In this document: in pieces, positions 13,302 through 24,290 of the stretch | How positions within the stretch are numbered: the stretch's first letter is position 1 | Layout of the letters: every line of letters starts with the position of its first letter | Assembly (NCBI GenBank): GCA_043228905.1 | Contig: JBHGNT010000002.1 | Location: forward strand, 26,598,001-26,662,000 | Origin: Azolla caroliniana | Lineage: Eukaryota > Plantae > Polypodiophyta | Direction of reading: 5' to 3' | Length of the DNA: 64,000 nt | The notes under the pieces: generated by a model | What the model was told of the DNA's origin: nothing | Database searches by the model: none | The model's input: the letters and a program-made list of their open reading frames with translations, nothing else | Translations under genes and position numbers: made by a program

Positions 13302-16300
13302 AGAGGACTATCAGGGCGTGGGGCCGCGATAGTCCGGGCACCCCGGACGAACCCCACACTTGTACAATAGGTAGGAGGTTTTGGTTCTCTGAAAACGGAG
13401 GCTGTACCATAGCCAGGATTAGGGGCAAGGAGAGAAAACGGGAGGAGGAGCGACTCAAGGCGTGCGGAGTCCTCGGCCCCGACGAAGAAATCAGTGGCGC
13501 CGTGGAGGCGGTCTCCTTCGACGACACCTTGGGAATGCTGGGGGAGGTAGTCGAAGAAGACCTTAACGAAGACCGGACGATACCGGTATGTTCCGAAGAG
13601 ATGTACGAAGTCATCGCGGACTTTGGTCGGGGGCTCGAGTCGGATCGGACGGCCCGAGTAAGCACCAAGTACAAGACTGTGGACCAGAAGGTAAGGCCAG
13701 TCGCGGTACCCTTACCGGAGGGCAGCGAGTCGCGAATCAAAGGGGTTGCATCGGACCCCAGCTTACGAGATCCGGCCTGCATAGGACACACCTTCACCAA
13801 CGAGACGCTCCGGGAGCTCAAAATCGGTGGGGGCGGGTTCCTACTACCGGCGGAGGAAGACCGGTTTCGGAGAATGCTCGGAAGGCACGGGAAAGCCTTC
13901 GCATTCTCACCGGAGGAAATCGGGTGCGTAGACCCGACGATCGTAGAGCCGATGGTGATATTCACGGTACCGCATGTACCGTGGAATCTCAAGCCAATTC
14001 CGGTTCCGAGAGCTCACATCCCGAAGTTGATGGAGCTGTTGAAGCAGAAAGTTGATATGGGCATTCTCGAGCCGTCGAGCGCCCCGTATTCAAACCGATG
14101 GTTTACCGTACCAAAGAAAAACGGATCATTGCGCTTCATTCAGGACCTGCAACCGGTCAATAGGGTGACCATTCGGAACGCAGGGATCGGACCGACCATA
14201 GACGAGTTCGCGGAGGCCTTCGCCGGAAGGTCGATTTACTCGGTCGGTGATCTATACTCAGGGTACGACCAGTTCCAGCTAGCCGTGGAGAGCAGAGACA
14301 TTACGACGATGCGAACTCCCCTCGGCCTAGTGCGGATGTGTACACTGCCGCAAGGAGGGACCAACTCGGTGGCCCACATGGTGAATGCGATAAACAAGGT
14401 TCTGAGGGACTGCATCCCGGACATCACCATGCCGTTTCTGGACGACATCCCGATCAAGGGATGCCCGGTAGCAGAGAAGGACGAGACGATCGGGCCGGAC
14501 GGATGCCGGCGATTCGTGGCGACGCACATCGACGACTGCGAGAAGGTGCTGCAAAGGCTAGAGGCTGCGAGGCTCACCTTCTCGGGGGAGAAATCAGCCT
14601 TCGGACAGTCGGAAATCATGGTGGTCGGACACTTATGTGGGCCATATGGCCGGAAACCGTCTCCGGCAAAGGTAGAAGCCATCTCCGCGATGAAGCGCGA
14701 CTGCAGCTCGATCACGGAAGTACGAAGATTCCTGGGGGCATGCGCATTCTACCACATATGGATCCCGCATTACGCCCACGTTGCGGAGCCGCTATACGGG
14801 CTGCTAAAGAAAGGGCAAAAATTCGAATGGCGAGACGAGCATACGGAGTCGGTCCGGAAACTGAAGGAAGCTCTTGCAGCAGCACCGGCGCTCCGAAAGG
14901 CTGTTTACGGGAAGGGTACCCCGGTATACATAACGATGGATACGAGTCCGACCGGGATCGGATGGGTCGTCAACCAACAAGACGAGGATGGCAATCGGTT
15001 CCCGATCCGATTCGGCGCGAAAGTCCTCAGTGAGCGGCAGCGAGGATACGCCCAGGTTAAACGCGAACTCTGGGGTATCGTTTCGGCGGTAAAGGCCGAC
15101 AAAGACTATCTGATCGGGACAGAAGTGATTATCGAGACGGATTGCTTGCCAATTCTCGGCATGGTTTCCGGATGCGCGACGCCGGACCTGGCGATGCTCA
15201 GGTGGATAGCGTACATCAAGTCCCTGGACCCGGAAATACGACACATTTCCGGGAAAGACAACGCCATGGCCGACATGCTTTCGAGGGCGAGGTTCGATGA
15301 CGAGGGCGGCATGGTTTCGGAGGACGAAGAGGTCGGCGTGGACTTCTTCGAGGCAGCATACGTAACAACCGACGGGACGAGCACTCCGGCGCTTAACGAC
15401 TTCGACGTGAGCAAGTACGACGGGGAGTGGCTGCAGATCGGCGGGTTCTTGAGGACAATGGCGCCGGATGCGTCATGGACGAAAGACGAGGCCAACCGGA
15501 TCCGGAAGAAAGCATACCGGTTCTTTCTCCGGGATGGGTATCTATGGAAGCACCCGAAGAAGAGGGACGGCGCTCAGCTCCGGGTGGTGGCGATGAAGGA
15601 AGAACAGGAGGAGCTGCTGATGGCCTACCACGACAGCCCTTGGGCCGGACACCGTGGAACTTGGGCCACGTTCGAGAAGATAAAGGAGAAGTACTGGTGG
15701 TCGGGACTGTACCGGGACGTGCATCGATTCGTGACAACTTGCGAGAGCTGTCAGATGCACTCCGTGGTCCGACACCGGGACGAGCTTCACCCTACGTACC
15801 CTCCGACCATCCACTTCAAATGGATGGTAGATCTGGTGACGATGCCAATGGGGGTAGGACAGATGCGGTACCTGGTCCTAGCGTGGGAGGATCTGACAAA
15901 CCAGGTGGAAGGCCGAGCCCTTCCGAACAAAACGACCGCGGCCGTATGTCGGTTCCTAATCGAGGACGTGATATGCCGGTACGGGTGCGTCGGGAAGATC
16001 GTGGCTGACCGAGGGGAGTTGGACGCCGAAGAAGCCGCAGAGCTGTTCGACCGGCTGGGAGTCAAGCTCTCGCTCACCACTGCGTACAATCCGGAGGCGA
16101 ATGGAAAGGTGGAGCGCGGACACGGGCCGATCGTCAAGGCGTTGGTTCGGGCATGCGGAGGCCAAGTCGGTAACTGGCCGCGGCTGCTACCTTATGCTTT
16201 GTGGGCAGACCGGACTACGCACAGTTCGGTAACCGGGTACATGCCGACGGAGCTTATGTTCGGCCAAAAGCCGATCATGCCGATGGAACGGACGATCTCC

Positions 16301-16765
16301 TCATGGGCAACGGTCGATTGGAGGGACGAGATGAGCCGGGAGGAGTTGTTGGCCGCGCGTATACGACAACTCGAGCGGAGACCGGAGGACGTGAAGCTGG
16401 CTGCGGAGAAGCTCCGGGTGGCGAGGATAAAGAACAAAGCCAGGTTCGACCGAACGCACCGGCTCCGACCGAAGAAGATCGAGGAAGGTGACTGGGTGCT
16501 CGTCTATGACAGCAGCCTCGACAACCAGCACCGAGCTACACGGAAGTTCGCGCGGAGATGGTTTGGGCCGTACGCAGTACAAAGCGCCAACGACAACGAA
16601 ACGTATCACCTGGCGGAACTCGACGGCACGAGAATGGAAATACCCGTGGCTGGGAAGCGGATCAAAGCCTTCAAGAAGCGACACGACGACGACCCAGACC
16701 CGGTTCTCCTAGACAGCGACGACGACCGATCCGAGACCGAGGAAGGACCGATGGGCGAAGAGTGA
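13292..16765 (+). CDS. pol: RT-RNaseH-integrase (ORF2) of element A, in the -1 frame, probably reached by ribosomal frameshift
   Basis: The frame is open from the GGATTTT heptamer to TGA at 16765. RT motifs DLYSGYDQ, LPQG, FLDD; RNase H DTS..GIG, ETD, ADMLSR; integrase HHCC (H..GH..CESC), D-D-E and GPY. Confidence 0.92.
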   Translation, partial: GFLERTIRAWGRDSPGTPDEPHTCTIGRRFWFSENGGCTIARIRGKERKREEERLKACGVLGPDEEISGAVEAVSFDDTLGMLGEVVEEDLNEDRTIPVCSEEMYEVIADFGRGLESDRTARVSTKYKTVDQKVRPVAVPLPEGSESRIKGVASDPSLRDPACIGHTFTNETLRELKIGGGGFLLPAEEDRFRRMLGRHGKAFAFSPEEIGCVDPTIVEPMVIFTVPHVPWNLKPIPVPRAHIPKLMELLKQKVDMGILEPSSAPYSNRWFTVPKKNGSLRFIQDLQPVNRVTIRNAGIGPTIDEFAEAFAGRSIYSVGDLYSGYDQFQLAVESRDITTMRTPLGLVRMCTLPQGGTNSVAHMVNAINKVLRDCIPDITMPFLDDIPIKGCPVAEKDETIGPDGCRRFVATHIDDCEKVLQRLEAARLTFSGEKSAFGQSEIMVVGHLCGPYGRKPSPAKVEAISAMKRDCSSITEVRRFLGACAFYHIWIPHYAHVAEPLYGLLKKGQKFEWRDEHTESVRKLKEALAAAPALRKAVYGKGTPVYITMDTSPTGIGWVVNQQDEDGNRFPIRFGAKVLSERQRGYAQVKRELWGIVSAVKADKDYLIGTEVIIETDCLPILGMVSGCATPDLAMLRWIAYIKSLDPEIRHISGKDNAMADMLSRARFDDEGGMVSEDEEVGVDFFEAAYVTTDGTSTPALNDFDVSKYDGEWLQIGGFLRTMAPDASWTKDEANRIRKKAYRFFLRDGYLWKHPKKRDGAQLRVVAMKEEQEELLMAYHDSPWAGHRGTWATFEKIKEKYWWSGLYRDVHRFVTTCESCQMHSVVRHRDELHPTYPPTIHFKWMVDLVTMPMGVGQMRYLVLAWEDLTNQVEGRALPNKTTAAVCRFLIEDVICRYGCVGKIVADRGELDAEEAAELFDRLGVKLSLTTAYNPEANGKVERGHGPIVKALVRACGGQVGNWPRLLPYALWADRTTHSSVTGYMPTELMFGQKPIMPMERTISSWATVDWRDEMSREELLAARIRQLERRPEDVKLAAEKLRVARIKNKARFDRTHRLRPKKIEEGDWVLVYDSSLDNQHRATRKFARRWFGPYAVQSANDNETYHLAELDGTRMEIPVAGKRIKAFKKRHDDDPDPVLLDSDDDRSETEEGPMGEE

Positions 16766-16836
16766 AGGCGGGCCGGTTTTCTCCGTCCCAACTTAATTGG
16801 CGCATGCCGGTGGATGCGCGGTTAGGTGGGGGCGGA

Positions 16837-17495
16837 TGTCGTGAAGAAAACCGTCCAAGGGTGGAATTGGGGCACCAAGGCGTGGGAACCGGCTCTTCAC
16901 GCGCGTGCGCGCCAAGTTGTACATAGAGAGGGGTTAGGTACCTAGGAGGATCGAAGCGGTTAGATACGGTAGGTAGAAATTTAATGCCGAACGGCTCCAT
17001 CTGGACCTATAAAAGGAGGAGGACGGGGAAGAAGAAGGGATCGCGACTTGGCGAGGACGAAGTGCTGTCGAACTGCGAAGAGGCTCTTCTTTCCTGGAGA
17101 GAAGATCGTCGGACGCTGCAGAGCCTGGGGATTCGTCGTTTCTGCTGCGTAGGAAGCCCGAGTGCTTCCGGCAGAGACACTCCTCTTCTGTGACATTCTG
17201 CTCCTGTGGGTGCGTGAGTGGGACCCGTGTTGGGACCCTTGCCGGTGTGCCGGTTGTAAATGACAGTTTGTATTCTCTGTTTAATTGAAGTCTACTAGCA
17301 GTCTCGTCCTTTCTTGCTCTTGTTGTCTCCCTCGTCTCTTGTGCAGTCGGTCTTTCACACACACACACACACACGAATACACACCGGCCTGCTCTTCTCC
17401 TCCATCTTCTTCGTTCTCACTCTCACTCTCTCCTTGGTTCGAGACCCCCGTGGTCCCGCCTCTGTTCCTACACGTACCCGCGAAAGACCGCGACA
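16837..17495 (+). repeat. 3' LTR of element A
   Basis: Direct repeat of 10483-11138, preceded by PPT GGTTAGGTGGGGGCGGA. Confidence 0.96.
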
Positions 17496-17499
17496 CCGG

Positions 17500-18554
17500 C
17501 CGACGCCGAGTAGTGGATGGCCTCCACGTGTCGGGCAGCTGCCTCTTCCATCAGTCTCTTCATACCTCCTCGCCCGTCGTTTCGGTTTAGGGCCCTTCTG
17601 GTATCGCCGGCATGCACCCGGCCTTCCCATAGGTACACCACCCGTTTCCTCATCGCCTCCGCGAAATCGCCGCAGTCCTTCCGAATGTGGCCGACCTCGT
17701 CGCACCACATGCACCTGTTCCCTACTGCCGGCCGTTGGTCACGAGCCGGTTTGCCGCCTTCCCTTCGAGTCTGGGCGATCTGGAGATCCTTTATCGACCG
17801 CGTCAACTCCTCCGGACGAGTCATTGACCATGCCGGTCGAAGCCGAACCGGTTTCGAGCCACTCCCGGGTCTCTACCCTTCGCCCTTGTGGTGCCGGTTG
17901 AAGCCTCCTTGCTGTGACAGAGCCCGCTCCGGTCGCCCCGTTGTCAGCCCATTCTCGCCATTTGTCGAAACGGCCACAGACTCTCTTAACCGCAGCCCAG
18001 TCGGTCGTCAGCCCGTCTTCGGTTTCTAGCAAGGAGCCGACTTGATCCCGGTCCCGCTCGTCCACCGACTTGACGAACAGTAAGACCCGGCTCGTATCCA
18101 GAACGGTTCGGTCAAGCGCCGAAAGGTGCGCAAAGCGTTCCTCAAACTCCCGGAGGAGTGCCGATGCGTTTCTTCCCTTGCCGGGGGACTCCACCCATTC
18201 CATGAAGTCCCGTTTCGAAAGCCGGAGCGCGTCGTCCAGCCCGTATTTTTCTAGGAGTCGGCCTTCGAACTCCTCCCAGGTACGGCTCTCCGCCCGTACC
18301 TCGAGCACCTCCGCATGAATGCTCGGCATCGCCACTCGAGGGAAGCCGGCAAGACGCCTCTCTTCCGGAATGTCCCGCATCAGCATTTCTGCCCCGTAGG
18401 ACGCCAAATACTTCGTGGCATCCTTTCCGCTGAACCGGCCGATCATACCGACAACCACCTCAATGGCTCTGTCGAGGGCGTCGGTGCCCTCGCGTGCGCT
18501 CAATATCCGATCCACGGCCGAAGCCATGGCCTCTGCAAGATCCGACCCTTTCAT
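17500..18554 (-). pseudogene. Element B gag N-terminal part
   Basis: MKGSDLAEAMAS... is homologous to A Gag; CCHC knuckle in ORF 17468-17824; cut by insertion of A. Confidence 0.9.
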
Positions 18555-18597
18555 CTTCTGCTCTTCTGCCGCCTCGTTCACGTCGGGTTCACCAAGA

Positions 18598-19222
18598 TGT
18601 CGAGGTATTCCTCGCGGATGCGTGAAATGAGGCGGGACCTCGGGGGTCTTGCACCGAAAAGCAAGAGAGAAAGGAGAAGGGAAGAGACCGACTACGTGCG
18701 AGCGCAGATTCTCGGTGACACGGCCCTTGACACAAAGACGCGAGTGGGACACCGACGCAGAGAGACACGAATGTATGTATATATATATTAACAAGGACAA
18801 ACAACAAGAAGCACGAAATTGGTTACAACCGAACAGGCTGGCGAACAGATGCCGATGCCTGTTCGTAAACGCACAGAAAGAAAGCAGTAGGTTGGAGGTG
18901 CTACCGGAAGCATTCGGGCATTCCTCAGAGCAGCGCGAGCCTCCCGAAACCTGCACAGAAAGAAGCTATGGAGTTTTGAAAGAGAGAGAAGCCTTCGGCC
19001 GACAACCCGACAGCACTTCGTCCTCTCTAACCGCGAACCCTTCCCCCCTCCTCGTCTCCCTCCTTTTATAGGCAAGGAAGGAGTCGTTTCCCATTAACTT
19101 CCTACCTACCAAATCTACCTACCTAGGATCTTCTATGTACAACATAAGGCGTACGTGCATGAAGAGCCGGTTCCTACGCTCCGGTGCACCGATTCCGCTT
19201 GTGGACGGTTTTCTTCACGACA
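18598..19222 (-). repeat. 5' LTR of element B
   Basis: Direct repeat of 5241-5873, followed on the minus strand by the tRNA-Trp PBS. Confidence 0.93.
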
Positions 19223-19395
19223 ACGTTCTCTCTCTTTCTCTCTCTTGTTCGGTGGCTTCTGGAACTCGCCGGGAATTGTCTTCACGGCTTCCCCTCTTCC
19301 CTAGTTCGAGACCCCCGTGGTATCGCCCTTCTACACGCACGCGCGTAACAACGCGACATCTTTGGTGAACCCGACGTGAAAGGCGGCAAGGGAGG

Positions 19396-20050
19396 ATGGA
19401 GTCGAAAGACGACGACCTCGCGGCGATGGTGGCCGAAGTGGTGTTGGAGTCGGCACGAGTGGTGATGAGGCGAGAAGCAGCGGAACAAGCGGTTGAGCGA
19501 GTGGTCGAAAGAGTCGGCCGTTTCAACGGGGACAAAGTCCCATCTTACTTGGAAGCCTACAATGCGGAAATGGAGGAGCGAGATGTGGACGAAGCGTTGA
19601 GGCTGGAATTCTTTTGTCGGGCTGTCGCCGTCCGTATGCACGCGGAAGTAAAGGAGCTCCGACAAGCTCATAGTTCGTGGGAGGCCTTTGAAGAGGCGCT
19701 CCTGGAGGCATATGGAGGACGGCGGAAGAGCCGGGGATGACACGACTTTGACCAGTGGGTCGCATCGGCAAAGACCCACCGGGGCGCGACGAAGGCGTTC
19801 CGAGAGTTCAAGTGAAGGCTTGCTCGGCTCTTGGAGCGGGAACAAGGTTTGGTGGGGACGGACTAGGTCCTATTGTTCGTCAGGTCGATCGACCGAGCGG
19901 AACGGGAGGCCATCGGGATGGAGCTCGAAGACGATGACGGAGCAAATGGGCTTACGGAGGACTGGTCGAAGGTCGGAAGGGTGTGCCAACGGCTAGACGA
20001 TGAGCGAGCCGAGAAGGCTAAGTGGAAGACGCGCGACGGCGTGCCATCAT
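19396..20050 (+). pseudogene. Divergent Gag N-terminal domain of element C
   Basis: ERVVERVGRFNGDKVPSYLEAYNAEM aligns with A Gag ESVVGTIGRFGGKDATSYLEAYWAEM; interrupted by stops. Confidence 0.8.
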
Positions 20051-20789
20051 AGCGGGAAGAGGCCGAACGGCAAAGAGAGCTGGCAAGGGTCGGCGTTGGG
20101 GCCAGAATTGCGGAGGCGTACGTAGCTCTCGAGGCGATGCTCGAGGAAGAGGAAAGATCGAGGCCCCAAGCTGAGACCGAGGAGACAGTCTTGCCCCACG
20201 AGATGGCGGAAGATCGGTACCACGGTACCACGGGAGAGGGTGCGGAACAAAACGCCTTCTCGACTTGCAGAGAATTGCTGACTGAGGACAAGGTCGGGAG
20301 CGGAGAAGAGCCCTCCACGTGGATTCCGGAGACTCTGGCGATCGTGCCCGTGTGCCGACATGGGACCGGACAGAAGGGAGGCGCCGGCGAGGAGTCCTGG
20401 CATGATGCCAGCGAAGATGGATGGGAAACGGCTTGCAAGGAGGCCGAGGACGGAAGCGGCGCGAGAAGATCGGCATTCCGATTCGGATGGAGCGTAATCT
20501 GGTCATGGATCGTTCGATCGGGGCCGGATTCGGCATGAAAAGTGCCGATACGGAAGAGGGTGCGGGACGAGCCGCCCTCTTTTACATGGGGAGAAAGACC
20601 GACCGGGCGAAGGTCGGAAATTGGAAGGGAAGTGGTCAAGGGTTCGGAATGAGTCCGGAGAGGTCGGCATCAGAACCGAAACTAGGATATTGGAGAACCA
20701 AGCCCAGGCGGGGCTTGGTTGATCACAGACCAGATGCTTCTCACCGAACGTATTTGGGAGCAGTACCCCGAACGAGCGTCCGCAAATCG

Positions 20790-22480
20790 TTACGAGACGG
20801 AAGCACCACGTCTTATCCGGAGACTCAGGCAGCCGGTAACGAGCGCCGATGTGAGACCTAGAGAGATGGGAGATGGAGGCGGGTACACAAGAAGGAGAGC
20901 AACGAAGAGTTCGGGAGAAGTACAAGGGATGTAGAGGAGAATGAAGGCCGGTCCTACGGAGATCCTTACACCGATCCGGTTGTAGGCCCGAGAGCCGGCG
21001 TGAGTCCTATAGGAGAGATCGGTGGCGACAGGAGAATGGGACCCGACAATCCAGAGAATGACGGATGGACCCGGACGAGAACCGGGCGGAACGAACTTCG
21101 GGAAACCCATTCCGGGAGGGAGGGAGAAAGCAGGCCTACGAAGAGGCCGGGAACACGGTACGTCAGTACCACAGGAGAGGGTGTGGAGCGAGCCACCCTC
21201 TCGACTTACGAAAGAAGGAAGACCTAGGATAAGGGTCAGAGATATGGCAAGCCCGAGGAGGATCCTTCACACCGGTTCTACAGAAACCGGCGGTCGGCCC
21301 GAGAGCCGGAGCGAGGCCTAAAGTGATGAACGGTGGAGACGAGGGGACAAAGGCAAAGGGCTACGGATGGGGGGTCTACGGAGATCCTCACACCGATCTG
21401 GCAGTCGGCCCAAGAGCCGGCGTGAGTCCTATAGGAAAGGACAGTGGCGGCAGGTGAACGAGACCAACAGAAGAGAATGGTGAAGGCAGAGTGGAGCAGC
21501 TGTGACCTTACACACACCGATTCTAGAGACTCCGGCAGCCAACGACAAGAGGAGACATGAGACCTAGAGTAAGGGACGGTGGCGGCGGCAAGGCGGGCAA
21601 CCGAAGCCAGAAGGGGAGGTCCCACGAAGACACTCACACCGATCCGGCGGTCGGCCCGAGTGCCGGCGTGAGTCCTATAGGGGAGATCGGTGGCGGCAGG
21701 AGAACGTGATCGGACGACAGGACGCGACAAACAGCAAGGAGGTATGAGGCCGGCAAGGTGGCTACGAACCATCTCAAACCTTCCGGCGAGGCGAATGGGT
21801 GTAAGGAAGTCCGGTCCTACGGGATCCCCACACTTAACCAGAGACTCCAGCAGTTCGGCCAACGTGGCAACATGAGACCGAGAGAGAAGGTTGGTGGCGG
21901 CGGGAAACGGGACCCAACTACGCGGAAGACACGAGGAGAGTCCGGGAGGGACTCAAACAAAAGACACCCGGATCTCGGCAAGCGACGAAACGAAGACCGG
22001 TCCTATGGGACCCTCACACTGATCCGGAGACCCCGGCAGTTCGGCCAACGTGGCAATGTGAGACCTAGGGAGAACGACGGTGGCGGTAGGGAACGGGACC
22101 CAATGACACGGGGTAGCGGATCGGGAGTCGGTAAGACGGGGCGGACGAAGTGCGAAACCCTCACCAGCCGGTTACGGTTTCCGAAGTAGCCGGTAGGGCG
22201 AACACGGGGAGGTGTGTCAGGCCGGAAAGGCACACCTGGGACAGAACAAGAGTCTCGCAAGTGGCCATCGCGGGTCGAATCGAAGCGTGACTACGGGACG
22301 GTGTTCGGCACGGGGGGAGCCGAACAAAGGAAGCGGAAGACGGCACAAGGGAGGTGCCGGGAACGAGGTGACGAGTGTATAGTGGACTACACAGGGTCGG
22401 AGTCAGGGGATGCATCATAAGGGAGTCCGGAGGAGGATCCTCCACACTCGGTTCGTAGATCTCGGCAGCTCAATCAGAGT
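20790..22480 (+). repeat. Diverged internal repeat array of element C
   Basis: Recurring motif GTCCTACGGAGATCC.CACACCGATCCGG...GGCCCGAGAGCCGGCGTGAGTCCTATAGG near 20951, 21374, 21619, with variants near 20800, 21258, 21510, 21814, 22000 and 22432. Confidence 0.75.
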
Positions 22481-22893
22481 AGCGAAGATTGACATGGCAA
22501 GCCCAGGATGACAAGCTGGTGGGGGTGAGGGGATGACGGCAAGCGGAAGACTCAGGACCTGTTGTAGCAGCGCAAAACGGGAAAGGCGAAGCGGGCCACT
22601 ACGGGCATTCCTCAAGCGGAGGACATCGGGCATATGGCGGAGAGCGAGGCGTGCATACGACCGAACAAGGGCCAGCAGAAGTACACGTACTACGGAGATC
22701 GCGGTGAAGGACCCATCGACGGGTCGAACGAGCCTACGGGGAGGTAAGCGCGAAGGAAGAACCGAAGCCGACGGTTCAAGTCGGCAGCGAGCCGGGATGC
22801 GGATCACGGTTGACTGGTTCTCACTGGACGAAATCTCTCACCCTTCACCGGATTTGGCACGTACCGGTGGACGTGCGGTTTGGTGGGGGTGGA

Positions 22894-23662
22894 TGTCATG
22901 AAGAATTTCGGCCAGAGGCGGAAACCGGGAAACATTGGCTACATCGGCGGGGTGCAACATGTGTGCTCACCCTTGTACATTTAGTGTGAATAACGAGGGC
23001 ACCTTTATGGCACCGAAGAGTAGCCCAATCGGGACAGACGATCCCATGTAAGTCGGGCTTTATCCCACATTGTAACGCATCCCTCTCCTTGTTCTATAAA
23101 AGGAAGGGAGCGCCCTTTGTGAAAGGGTTGCCCGTTTTGTGTTAGAGGGTATATCGTTAGGTTTAGAGTTAGTCTTCTTCTTCTTCTTCTTCTTCTTCTT
23201 CTTCTTCTTCTTGGCGGGGAGGTCGACCGTTGAGGGTTGTCTCTGCTAGGTCTCCTGTGCAAGACCCCGCTCCGCGTGACAAGCCCGAGAGCTCCCCGGA
23301 TGGAGGCTTGGCAGTAGACTGCTGCTGTAACCTACCCTACCATGGTCCGGCTCGAAGCCGGGATTATATTCTTCCCCTTTGTAATATACATACTAGTATC
23401 CATCTGTGCATACTCGTGTCTCTGTTTGTATGGGTGGTTTGGTGTTCCCTTCCCTGCGTTTCTGTACATAAGGGCGTGAGTTGGTTCGGCGTGGTGTGTG
23501 TGTGGGTATGAGTCGGAGTCAAGCGCGCGTTCTCTCTCTTTCTCTCTCCTGTTCGGTGGCTTCTGGAACCCATCGGGAATCGTCTTCACGGCTTCCCCTC
23601 TTCCCTAGTCTGAGACCCCCGTGGTCCCGCCCTTCTACCCGCACGCGCGTAACAACGCGAGA
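22894..23662 (+). repeat. 3' LTR of element C
   Basis: Starts TGTCATGAAG after PPT GGTGGGGGTGGA; ends AACAACGCGAGA (CA mutated); followed by CCGG. Confidence 0.88.
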
Positions 23663-23692
23663 CCGGTGGATGTGCGGTTTGGTGGGGGTGGA

Positions 23693-24252
23693 TGTCGTGG
23701 AGAAAACTGGCCAGAAACGGAATCGGCGAAGCAGGGCGCATGAACAACCCCTACACTTTTCCACACCAATTAATACCTTGTACATAACTAGGAGTAGGAC
23801 GATGGGTGTAAATAGACTAGATGTGATGCATTGAATGTCTAGGAAATCAAAGAGTATCTCTGTCCGAAAGGACAGAGAATAAATTCATGAAAACGAGGGT
23901 GCAACAGCCTGCCTCAACGGCCTATAAAAGGGAAGGAAGAAGGCGGATGAAGGGATCGCGTTTTAGGAGTGAGGAGGAAGTGTTGTCGGACTGAGACCGA
24001 GCTCTCTCCTCCATCGTTCATCATTCTCTACAGGATTTCGGACTGAGTTGCCTCTACTTCGTGGACAGCCCGTGTGCTTCCGGTAGAGGCTCCACAGTGC
24101 AGTCGGGTTGTTGCGTCCGTGAGCACCGTGTGCGTGTGTGTGTGTTCGGCTGAGTTGGGCCCATTGCCGGCTTGCCGGTTGTAATCGTTATTGATTTTGT
24201 AATTAAGACTTTGTTCTCTCTCTCTTCCTCCCTCGGTGTTCCTGCAAGCTGT

Positions 24253-24290
<38 letters not shown>

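Larger units (their letters stand above)
10483..17495 (+). mobile_element. Ty3/gypsy element A, intact full-length non-chromovirus LTR retrotransposon
   Basis: LTRs 10483-11138 and 16837-17495 (~6 substitutions plus a 3-bp indel by eye), PBS, two uninterrupted ORFs, PPT, 4-bp TSD CCGA/CCGG. Domain order PR-RT-RH-INT; no chromodomain seen. Confidence 0.96.
5241..19222 (-). mobile_element. Ty3/gypsy element B, full-length but decayed, interrupted by element A
   Basis: LTRs 5241-5873 and 18598-19222 (TG...CA, ~16 substitutions plus one 8-bp indel by eye). tRNA-Trp PBS 18577-18594. Flanks GCGT/ACGT. gag 18554-17500 continues 10478-9429; pol fragments run to 5947. Confidence 0.93.
4664..23662 (+). 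mobile_element. Non-autonomous gypsy derivative C (Gag-only), interrupted by elements B and A
   Basis: The 5' LTR (4664-5240 plus 19223-19358, first ~50 bp deleted) matches the 3' LTR 22894-23662. PBS at 19363-19380, Gag N-terminal remnant 19396-~20050, no pol, PPT just before 22894. Confidence 0.85.

Noticed and set aside
16600-16836. env-like ORF or chromodomain after integrase
   Set aside because: The integrase ends in a short acidic tail and the 3' LTR begins ~70 nt after the stop.
346-18956. Many long antisense or alternative-frame ORFs over the gypsy coding regions and LTRs (e.g. 8685-9605, 11336-12034, 13231-13992, 5042-5599)
   Set aside because: Expected shadows of GC-rich, codon-biased gag/pol or of repeated LTR sequence; no recognisable motifs.
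1-23662. Tandem three-LTR element in which D and C share the LTR at 4664
   Set aside because: D's own 3'UTR, PPT and a different LTR resume at 23663, so insertion of C followed by a junction deletion is simpler.
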